Shown here: positions 1-11,031 of the stretch, one piece after another
Numbering within the stretch: the first letter of the stretch is position 1
Layout of the letters: every line of letters begins with the position of its first letter
NCBI GenBank assembly: GCA_000320545.1
Contig: ADNK01001985.1
Span: 1-64,000, forward strand
Direction of reading: 5' to 3'
DNA from: Bigelowiella natans CCMP2755
Lineage: Eukaryota > Protista > Cercozoa
Length of the DNA stretch: 64,000 bases
Program-made: the position numbers and the translations under genes
Notes under the pieces: model-generated
Told to the model about the DNA's origin: nothing
The model's database searches: none
Seen by the model: only the letters and a program-made list of their open reading frames with translations

Positions 1-330
1 CGGGCAGAATCACAACTCCAGGGAGTATAAAGAGGGAATTAATAATAAGAATTATATAATAATTAAGGCGGAATCCGTCCCGGTTTTGGATGGGGAGAGT
101 TATGTATTTCTTTTTTTTTCAAAACCCTGGGGGGGGGGGTCTCCTCATAGTTCATTCCCCCTTTCAAGCACCCCCCCTAAAAGGGGAGGCCTTTGTTATA
201 CTTTTTCCCCCCCCCCCCCCCCCTCCCCCCCACCATTATATGATATTCAGAGATTCAATTCCACCACCTCCTCCGGAAAATTATGACGATGGCAATAATA
301 AAAGGTATATCACGAATAAAGATATACAGA

Positions 331-368
<38 letters not shown>

Positions 369-892
369 ATTAATGCTGATAGTGAAACACACTCATCATC
401 AGAAGGACGAGTCGTCGAGGCATTTCGGTTGTTTGTAGTATATGAGTAGTAGTTGTGGAAGTAGTAGTAGCAATAGTGAGATGTAAGGAGTACCATGCTT
501 ACGTGTTGTGCAATGAATCTGCATTTTTTTTGTCTCCTCCCCCCCCTCCTCTCCCTCATCCTACATAAATGAATATAACCTTCATCACCAATCATTATAG
601 ATGACAACACTAGCTGTTATTGCTACCCCAACTCACATGTCACCACGCGCCGCTTCCTCCTCCACCTCCTCCTCCTCTAGGGAACGTCATACTCATCAGC
701 GATGAGCCTGAACGTTGTTGATGAGATAATAAACGAAGAAGAAGGGGGGGATGGAAAACAAGAGAGGAGGTTAGATGGAATCAAAGAACAAGATGATTTG
801 CAAGCTACTGGACACCAGCCATCCATAAATCGAGGAGGAGAGGATTATAACGATGATAATGATTCGACTCACGACAATGGTAAGTAGAAAAC

Positions 893-927
<35 letters not shown>

Positions 928-949
928 ATCGTATACTTACTTATTATGG

Positions 950-988
<39 letters not shown>

Positions 989-1555
989 CGGTCGCCCCCC
1001 CCCCCCCCTCCTGAATCTTCGAGCGAAGACGACGATGATGACGACGATGATGACGACGAAGATGATTTGGCCCCAGCTCCTCCCCCCCCACCGGTTACAT
1101 TCAGCTACGAGAAGAATATATAGTCTTTGTGCCTGAGAATTGGCAGATGATGATGATGTGTTGCTCGTGGTTTGATTGGCTTGTTGTGTGTGTTACAGAG
1201 AATCATCCTTAGTATCTTCTTATGACCTGAATAATTAATACATCATAATACAGGTGGGAGAAGGAGAGGGGATCTCCCTAGAAATGCCTCCACCTTTACC
1301 AGAGGAAGGAGAGTTATCATCATCATCGTCATCATCGTCACCATCCCATATTGAGGAGGAACTACCGCGTATCATAAATCCAGATGATATGGTAAATAAC
1401 ACCGTGTTTATTCCCACACATAATGCTCACATACATACACTCCAAGATTCAATGAATATGAACCTGACAAATGACCGTCGGGTGTATTTGCGTTTTTTGG
1501 CTGCTTGGTATGTATTTGAACATACTCTCTGGACGTTATTGGTGGGGGGGCAACA

Positions 1556-1592
<37 letters not shown>

Positions 1593-1880
1593 TTATATAC
1601 ATTAAACATATGTTTGTATTTTATATTTTGGTTGTTGATTGGGTGTTTGATGATACATCTCATCTGCTAAATCGATAACTCTTATCCCAAATGAAAGGGC
1701 TGGCAAACGTCTCCAGCCCCATCGTTTCTCCCTGTTGTGCTTCTACTTTTCCATCATTTCCTTGCATATAACACATCACTCCAGAGAGTATTTATGAGCA
1801 AGTTGTATTGACATACATGCTGTTCTTCTTTATGTGTCTATTGTGGTGTGTGTGTGTGTGTGTGCGTGTACACCATATTA

Positions 1881-1922
<42 letters not shown>

Positions 1923-2620
1923 AGAGGAAAATGTTTATGTATTGTGTGTTGGTTTTGGTCTCATTACTTCTTACATTTGGTGTTGTGATAATACCTTCTG
2001 GTGATATATATGATGTATGTGCGGGTGTCTACTATAATGCCCTAAAAAATGCAAACAATTGTGGCTGCTATGAATTGAATCAACAACCAGCCGACTCTAT
2101 TTGCCTTAATTTTGGGGGTGATCATCTTTCTCTTAACAAATTACGAGACGTATCATCATCGTCATCATCATCATCATCCGTTATTCTATCTTCGACTCTA
2201 CTGCTCTTGCTGCATGTTTTTCTTTTGAATAGAGTTATTTGCATGTGAGTGTCGTTGATCGATATCAGTCACGAGAGAGTGCATTCGTCTCCTTCTCTTC
2301 TTCCTCTTTCCTCCTTTCATACATCGTCACCATCGCGTTAATAATAATACAGCAGCAGCCTATAATAGACCTACTATCATCCTCTAATCCTACAAAGCAG
2401 AAAGATGAGCAGATTCAAGCTTCACCAACCAACACCAACATCATCGAGAGTAGTGGTCCTGCTAACAGGTGTTGCTGCTGCTTTACATGCCACGCGCGCG
2501 CGAGCGCACACACACACACACACATGCGTGCATACGTGAATAATGTGTGCTGTATTATAGGCACACGAGAAGCGACACAAGATTTTCTCGGCTGATGACT
2601 TCTGAAGTATGTACATCTGC

Positions 2621-2683
<63 letters not shown>

Positions 2684-2695
2684 TTGTGTGTGTGG

Positions 2696-2741
<46 letters not shown>

Positions 2742-2832
2742 ATTATCATGATGCATCTACATAGAGAACTATGTAGTATACTCTTTATAGTGAACATCAT
2801 TGAATGCGTGTGTGTGTGTGTGTGTGTGTGTG

Positions 2833-2872
<40 letters not shown>

Positions 2873-3715
2873 ACTTGCTTACAATGTGGCGCTTTGCAGG
2901 TTGAATACAAGGACAACAGGGAAAAGAGCTTTATTTCGGCTGGTGAGTAGCAGTTTTATGATTGAAGTCACATGTCTATACCCACCCCTCTATACACATA
3001 TCATTTACGCTTACGTCTGGAGGTGTGTTGTTTGTCTGCTTTGCTCTTGTTCCCTCCTCCCCCTCCTCCTCCTGCCCTGAAGATGCAAATTGTACTGATA
3101 TTTTTGGGGTGACCTAATCGCAGCTAATGACACTGATCCATACTACAATATCAAGCTGCTCTCAGCCGAAATCACCGGTTGTGAATTGAGAATTGCGAAT
3201 CGCGAATTGTTGCCAGAGATGTTAGTTGAGGAGTGGATAAAATAGAGGATGAATCTACCCACGTTTCCTCATATTATATTTATGTATTCTATCAGCAAAG
3301 AACAATAGTACTACATGTAGCACACTACACCACGATGCGCGTGTGTGTGTTGGGGGGGGGGGGGGGGTTGTGTTTTTATGTGACGATGGCACCGTGTAGG
3401 TACCACGTCGCAATTGAGTGTCTACGCAAGGTAACGATGCAAGATGATGCTTTCATCAACAACAGGGAGAATGATAATGCTTGTCTTGTTTGTCTACCAA
3501 ACAGCGCAAGCTACTGCAGAAGAAAGTTCCTTGCAATATTTGTTCAATATCCTTTTCCCTCCTTGTTGATTTAATGTGCTGCTGCTGTTTAGAATGTGGA
3601 TTGAGTTTCGGTACAAGCACAAAGAGTACATAGGTGAGAGAGAGCAAGCATAATATGATGTACTGCTACTTCGCTGTTCGTCCATATGCTGTTATTTCCT
3701 CAATTTCCATCGATC

Positions 3716-3752
<37 letters not shown>

Positions 3753-4027
3753 GCAATATCATAACAAATCTCTCCTTTATCGTTACCCTATCATGTAATA
3801 GGTCGCAAAGTACGGTGGCCATGTAAGAGGTATTATGATGATGATGATGATGATGATGATAAGGGCCATGTATGTGTGCAATATGTATTGACGCAATTAT
3901 CAATAATAGAGATATGTTTCTCACCATCAATGTGTGATCAGGAAAACTAGCAATCCAAGCTGGTTTACGTCTAGACCATTGTACCGAGTCCTCAAAGATT
4001 CAGGTAAATATAGAAAGAGAGAGAGGG

Positions 4028-4064
<37 letters not shown>

Positions 4065-4956
4065 GGCGAGGCATACTGACTGAGTGTGTTGTATCTGCTC
4101 CTTCTTCTCCATGGAAACCACGATTACTATCAGGATTTTTGCACATAGAGCTGTACCATAGGGTTGGGGGGCACCTCGAAAAGGTGGTATTATCGTGTCC
4201 AAAAATACACCTGATCATTGCGAAGATTTAAGTAAAATGATGATGCTGTTATTTTGGTGAAGAAACATGGGTAGTAGTAGTAGTATCAATGGTATTGATG
4301 ATGATGTTATAATCAACAGAATGAGTTACTCGGTGCGTCACAGATCTCACTCTCGGTAAGATAAACCGGTTTATGCGTAAATTCGTGCAGGATAAGAACG
4401 GCATGAAAACATCGTATTACTTTCTCTCGCAATTAACATGATATTGACACTTTACTACTATTTGCCGCGACAACGACTAGGAATTGCAATATGACGTTAT
4501 CGTGCAAAAGGAAATCCAAGTACGTGTTTGTGTCGTATCTTCTTAAACTCCTTAGTCACCACTCTCTGATTGTTTCTCCTGGTGATTTAATGCTGCTGGG
4601 CTAATGATAATGATGATAAATAGATAGTGAATAGATCAATGATTGAGTTTGGTCAATAAAGACGCACACCATTGTAGGAGGAAGTAAAGAAGAAGAAGAA
4701 GAATATAGGAAGCAATCGTTTATCAATTGCTCTAGTGTGATTCCCCAATGATCCATCTATCCCTTGACTCCTATCGTCCAATACTGTGTAGATGTCGAGT
4801 AGGAAAATGACTGCAATAGTCTCCTTGGAGAGAGGTATCTTTCATGTTTATATATAAATATTATAAATGCATAAAGTTTATAGGCAAAACCAATGGAAGA
4901 ACCTGTGGTGATATCGTAACAAGATCCACATTGCTTCATCTATCAATCCGTGTCGT

Positions 4957-4989
<33 letters not shown>

Positions 4990-5242
4990 CTACCCGATCT
5001 CTCAACTAACAACTCAAACCATCAGTTCCGATTCCTCCAAGAGCGAAATTCATATTCTTCGCTCGACATGGCCAGTCAGAATGGAATGCAGCGAAAGAGG
5101 TAGTTGTAGTAGTAGTAGTAGTAGTAGTAGCGGAGTAGCAGTAGGAAGAAGCACGATGATCTATCTGTAAATTACTGTTTGTCATTTTTCTTTTGTTGTC
5201 GCAATTAAGCGTTGTCATCGTTCATCCATCCATGCATTCCAC

Positions 5243-5292
<50 letters not shown>

Positions 5293-5783
5293 TCTCTCTC
5301 TCTCTATTCGTTAGGACAAGTCGTATGTATCCATGCTCAAACAAGTGGATCACCCCCTTACAGTAAAGGGTCGCATGCAGGTAAAAAGGAAGCTCTGTGA
5401 GTTGTTCAAGGGAGAGAGAGAGAGAGAGGGAGAGAGAGTGGGGGAGGGGCAGGGAGTAGTGTACTTTTCGATATATTGCCTTTGTGTTGTTGATGATATT
5501 TTGTGTGTTTCTTGCGTCTGTTAGGCCGAAGAGATGTCCATGGATGTTGAAGTAGCAATGCGAGAGGTAGGTGACAAGGAGGCCCCATTTCAACATTAAA
5601 TAAAGACTACTCATTTGCAACAATAATCTCATTCATCCCCCTCCTCCTCCTCCCCCCCCTCTTCGGAATGAATGCACACAAACAGATCCGCGATTTGGTT
5701 GGATTAGAGCAGAAGAATAAGGTGGTTCACAGAGAGAAGCAAGTCTCATATATAATTACTGCCTCGGCCTTGCGCAAGGATTA

Positions 5784-5851
<68 letters not shown>

Positions 5852-6039
5852 CATGCACTCGTTTGTTCCAGACTTTGACTCGACTGCAACAAGAGCGAAA
5901 GGCGTTCTTAGACCGATTCCTCAACGCACGTGCCATTGTCTGCTCCCCGCTTTGTCGAGCGGTACGTAGTAGTAGTAGTAGTAGCAGTAGTAGAAGGAGG
6001 AGGAGGAGGAGGAGGAGGAATAGTGTGATAGCTGTTTAG

Positions 6040-6073
<34 letters not shown>

Positions 6074-6208
6074 GTTACGACCGTGGACGTCGTTGTTGTT
6101 AAGATTCTGACGATTTATAATGTGATGATGAGAATGCTGTAAGAGAGAAGAAACTTTCTTATCTTCTACATATCGAAGAAAATGGCTCTCTCTCTCTCTC
6201 TCTCTCTG

Positions 6209-6243
<35 letters not shown>

Positions 6244-7846
6244 TCTATGCTCTCTCAATACTAGAAGACCGCATATACTACTACTATGCTGCTGCTGTAC
6301 CTAATTGACTATTCTTTGTTTACCTATTATTCCGATAATATCTAATGACAAAACAGGTTCAGACGGCAGTGATTGGGCTCTCTACTCACCCATGTGTTGT
6401 TCAACACGGAGTTCCAGTCACCCTCTATAGCGACACGCGTGAAAAGAGAAACTTTGGAGGTATGTTCTAGTACTTTTGAGTGTGATTGTGCGTGATTGTG
6501 CATGTGCAGTAAAAACGACTATAATCATCCAAATAATCGTCTGGCCTCCTCCATTCCCTACTATTCTTCCATATATTGATTCATTCTCATTCTGAGGGGG
6601 CTGACTGATTCACTACTCACAGGTTTCGACACGACTTCCAAATACTCTGGCCATCAAATTGTCGAGAGGGTACACTAACGCGTATTTAGCATGTATTCAT
6701 CTTGGATTGCTTCTCCACCGCCCCTCTCTCTCCCCTCTGAGAATATATTTGTGTGTGTGATTGTGCGTTGTGCGTACATAATATCTTCCCTCCCTATTTC
6801 GTCGCTTATCACCCCTTCTCCTCCCCCCCCCAAAACAGATGCAGCGTAAGTTGGCTAAGGTCTACCCCAACTACAATCCAAAGGTGCTCATTGTCTTGTG
6901 CGTGGTATACGTTCGACCAAATGTGTGCATACAGCACAATGTGGGTACAATTTACATTGTGCATTATGATGTGTTGTTTGTGTTGTAGCATTCTCGGTTC
7001 GCGAGGATGACAAAGATGATCAAGGTGGGAGATGCTACCGACATTTGGTGGAACACGGAAGCTGAAACTAAGACAAGGTGGTGGTGGTGACAAAGCATCA
7101 TGATGATAATGACCATGATAATGATATACGGTGCATATCTTCTTTCGGCAAATCGGCTTATGGAACTAATCATCATCACGAAGTCAGTGTTCAATATGCT
7201 TCTTCCGTTAAAATCGGTTGCCTTTTGCCCCGTCGAAACCAGAGAGGAGAGAGAGATACAATACTTGCAACAAACAACCCCGTGCATTTAATTGACCTCC
7301 TCCTCCCCCCCCTCCTCCATGTGCAGGCTTCGTGAGCGCTTGCAACGACTCCTTCTCCATCTAAGATATACACCTGAGGGGTACACACATTAACCACCTG
7401 CTACTGCTACTTGTTCTTTCCTGATCAAGTAGTTTTTATATATGGTGCCACCTTGAAGCATTGGCCTCTTCCCCTCCTCCTCCTCCTCCTCCTCCTCCTC
7501 CTCCTCCTCCTCTCACACTCCGCCAATTCCGCCGTTCCCATCCACATCAGATCAATTATCGTAGTTGGGCACTCACATTTCTTCCGAGTGCTCATAGGTG
7601 AGTACGACAACAGACTAATGATTACAACAATAATCCAAAATTCGTATATTCATATAAAGAGAGTCTATTATCTGAAGAATTCAAGGCACGTTCACCAAAA
7701 CTAGCGGTACCGTTGTAGTAATAGTAGTAGTAGTAGTAGTAGTAGCAGCAGATTCTGCTGCATGTATGCACACCTGCTGTCTCGATAACCTTCATAAAAT
7801 ATTTGAATTGTTTTCAATTTGCAAGATGCTGTACGCTATAGTGTTG

Positions 7847-7887
<41 letters not shown>

Positions 7888-8922
7888 TGTACTTGTGCAC
7901 GCCATGATACTGTTTCTCCTATAGGAGGACCTTGTACATTCGAAGCTCGATCATTGCGCCATCGCCGCTACAGTCTTTGACTTTGGAGAGGTACAAATAA
8001 AATGGCAAGCTGTTATTATTGGTGTCGTGTTTTCCACATGGATAGAGTGGTGATAAGAAGGCTGCTAATGATGTGTTGTTGCAATCATCCTCATCTAGGA
8101 CGAAATCGAAACTCCTAAGATAGAAGATTTCAGGTTGTAATGAGCAGCCAGATACTACTACTCCAAAATATCATTGGATTTCCCGATTATTTAAACTCTT
8201 TTCGTCGTCTTCTCTCGAACAAAAATACTTCTCCAGCATCACCAACATTTTTGCGATGAGTTCTTTTAAATTTATGCTGAAGGGCTGCACTGCACCTTAC
8301 AACGCGCCACACCCACGCCGTAAGATGAGCACGATTTTTCTCAAATGTACACGGCAACTGTAAATAGAATGAAGCATCGAATATAAATGTTATGACACCC
8401 TCCAGATTTCTGTTCAAGAGAGGCAAACTACTGCATGACAAGAAACAGCAAAAAGGTGCGTGTTTGTGGGGGGGGGGGGTTCGGGATATTTCATTATTGA
8501 GGAAATTCTCGCATTGTTTTTGCATCGATCCCTGCTAGATCCCTTCCCATAGGTTAAAATATATTCATAAATATTTGTATGTGTGTATATTTGTATGTGT
8601 GTGTGTGTGCACTTCTGTGTTTGTGTGTGCTAACCTTAAATATTGTTCAAAAATAGACAAAGATAGCTCAAAGGGAGGCAACAAGAAGTCTAATTTGAAA
8701 CGGGTGCAGCATATGTACAGCTAGCGTGTGTAGAAAGAGGGAGGGAGAGAGCGCGCGTGAGAGAGAGAGAGACTGAAAGGGTGAATAAAATTAGTCTGCC
8801 ATTCTACATTCCATATGGTGATAAACAGAAGTAGGAGTTAATTTGACTTGTTTGATTTTCTTGCGCTGATACACGTATCATGTTGCAGGTTCCTTGGAAA
8901 GAATGGCACGAGGCGGTGTTAG
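1..8922 (+). CDS. Multi-exon gene, 5' end probably outside or at the window edge: acidic N-terminus, hydrophobic segments, C2-like domain, histidine phosphatase (PGAM-superfamily) domain
   Basis: A phase-consistent GT-AG exon chain gives FIFFARHGQSEWN (~5050-5090), VDHPLTVKGRMQ (~5350-5380), IVCSPLCRA|VQTA (5935/6357) and SIIVVGHSHFFR (7551-7590), the RHG...H histidine-phosphatase motifs. Upstream exons KVRWPCKRKTSNPSW...FLHIELYHR...NELLGASQISL look C2-like. Hydrophobic stretches lie at 1480-1540 and 1931-1995. The last exon and stop are uncertain. Confidence 0.75.
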
Positions 8923-9250
8923 AGTGCCACCAAGATGATGCTGAATTAGTGTATGGACTGGAAGAGAAAAGCAATCAGTAGTAGTACGTATCTTCGCCGC
9001 AGGTACGGAGATCACCAGTACTTTACTTTGATGGTACTGCTATGATGCTGTCGTTGGTATCTGGTTTTCAACTTACATGATACGACGATATTCAAAACAA
9101 CAAGGCTAATGCCCCAACTTTCTATACTACGGCAGCAAAGTATATATGCGCTGAGAGTGTTATATGCATCGTGCCGCGCGTCATGTTTTTGCTTGACGAC
9201 CGCACTACGCGCTCAGCAATATCGCATCGCATACGCGCACGCCCATGGAT

Positions 9251-9294
<44 letters not shown>

Positions 9295-9475
9295 GTTGTG
9301 ACTAATCGCGTTGCTTGCGTTAGTCTAGTTAGTAGTGTTTGTTCCGTGCTAGCGTGGGTTGCGCCCACCTATAGCCACTGGACGTTAGTATCGGCCACGT
9401 CCGCCAAACATGGCAGATCGAAGCTTCAAGTCGCCGCACACGCTGCACGTGGCGGACACACGACTGGCTCTGTGC

Positions 9476-9534
9476 AGCTACATTGGGACGATGAGAATTG
9501 AAATTAAATGTCACACCCATTACATCCGTCTCAT
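9476..9534 (-). repeat. Copy of dispersed ~55-bp motif ATGAGACGGATGTAATG...TCAAT..TCATC..AATGTAGCT
   Basis: Reverse complement reads atgagacggatgtaatg...tttcaattctcatcgtcccaatgtagct, matching copies at 22153, 22249 and 30777. Confidence 0.75.
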
Positions 9535-9737
9535 GAGGTGCAAAAGTGTTACACGTACCATGGCTGCAATAACCGCAAGCTCAAGCGGTCTCGCTTGCCA
9601 TGCATGCAGTCATCCGCAACGCCTACAAGTAGACGGCTGTATAGCTGCCCGCCGGTGCTGTTCGATTCGTCATGCACTACATGTATCCCTTATTTATTCT
9701 TTATTTCAGTGTAAATAGAAATTCAAACTTTAGTTGA

Positions 9738-9785
<48 letters not shown>

Positions 9786-9992
9786 CGTTACAGTCAAGCG
9801 AGTAAACAAAGAAAAACAATGGGAGGTGATTGAAAGATTGATTGCAACACTTAAGTGTGTGTGTGTCTAGGTTACGGCCCACTTTTGTGATCAAGGATAC
9901 ACATTTTTATAACGGAAGAAGTCTTGATTTATCTAAAGGGGTCTGCTAGATAGATTTTGAATAAAAAAGGCCGAAAGATGAAGGGGGCGTAA

Positions 9993-10054
9993 ACTTTTGA
10001 GAATAATCAGAGACAGAATGACGAACACTTTTGAGAATAATCAGGGACAGAATG
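9993..10054. repeat. 34-bp tandem duplication
   Basis: acttttgagaataatcag(a/g)gacagaatg occurs at 9993 and 10027. Confidence 0.85.
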
Positions 10055-10077
10055 CGCGATACCAAAACGCACGGGTA

Positions 10078-10886
10078 CTAGCTAGTGGCTCCTTTTGAAT
10101 ACACATTGAAATTTTTGGTGTTTAAATCTTGAGGCAGGCAACACACACTTGCAAAATGAAATTGATTTTCGTTGTGGTTCTTCACATTTTCTTCCTCAAC
10201 AACGAAATCACGAGGAGGAGGAGCGCACGCCAGTCCATCAAGGGAGAAAACTCCTAGTTCTTGGTCAGTTTTTGGTGTCGTCGTAGAAATGATGTCTTTG
10301 AATCTTAAACTCTTCATTTATATGTCAACAGCAAGATTTTTGTATTCGCTGTACTTTCTAGGAGAAGAATTCGGTGCTTGGTGGTTCCTGCACATTAGTA
10401 GCATAAAATTTCAATGGAAAACCACACACACACACACACACACATATTTGCTGCCCGTGTCGTGTATTTTTGATGAGGACGAAACAAATTCGAAATCCAT
10501 GTTATCCTCTAATAATTACTTTGAAAAGTAGAATTTGGACAATTTGAATAGCGAGGCCCCACGAACGCCGCACCCCTGGAACACGTACGCAAAACGTTAG
10601 GGCAAGAAAGAGTGTGATGCTTTTTGTCGTTGTCTTACACATGCTCAGATAAGATGAAGCGTTCAAAATAGACTAAACATTGTTCTCTTGGAAAAAATGT
10701 GTGAATAACTCTCGTTGTTCTCTCATCACTTGATGCTTTTTGCACATGTTTTTCAATCATTACGGAGGTAGTCCTGTCCGACACCGTACGGACCGTGCGA
10801 CGTGTGTTCTGCTCAGACTGGAAGAGACGGTGTAGTTTACTGGCAAGATCAGATGAGCTCATAGATGTTTTCGAAGTAGAAGACAT
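10078..10886 (-). pseudogene. Possible decayed or hypothetical spliced gene
   Basis: An A-rich context precedes ATG at 10886 (MSSTSKTS...), with GT..AG-like gaps and ORF 10078-10317. An in-frame stop interrupts my best reconstruction, and no domain is recognisable. Confidence 0.3.
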
Positions 10887-11031
10887 ATTGTTTTTTTCTA
10901 GGGTCCTTCGTTCGGGTGTTGTGTTTGTGGTCGGCGGAACGACGCGGCACCGGGAGGAAAACTAGATGCAGAAGAACACCCCAGGATGTATCACCCAACA
11001 GCGATTACAGTGTGATCATGGGATGCGACTA

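Noticed and set aside
3082-3177. Apparent frameshift in the phosphatase gene (stops in all frames near 3095-3118)
   Set aside because: Using the downstream acceptor ctaatcgcag| at 3123 restores phase with no frameshift.
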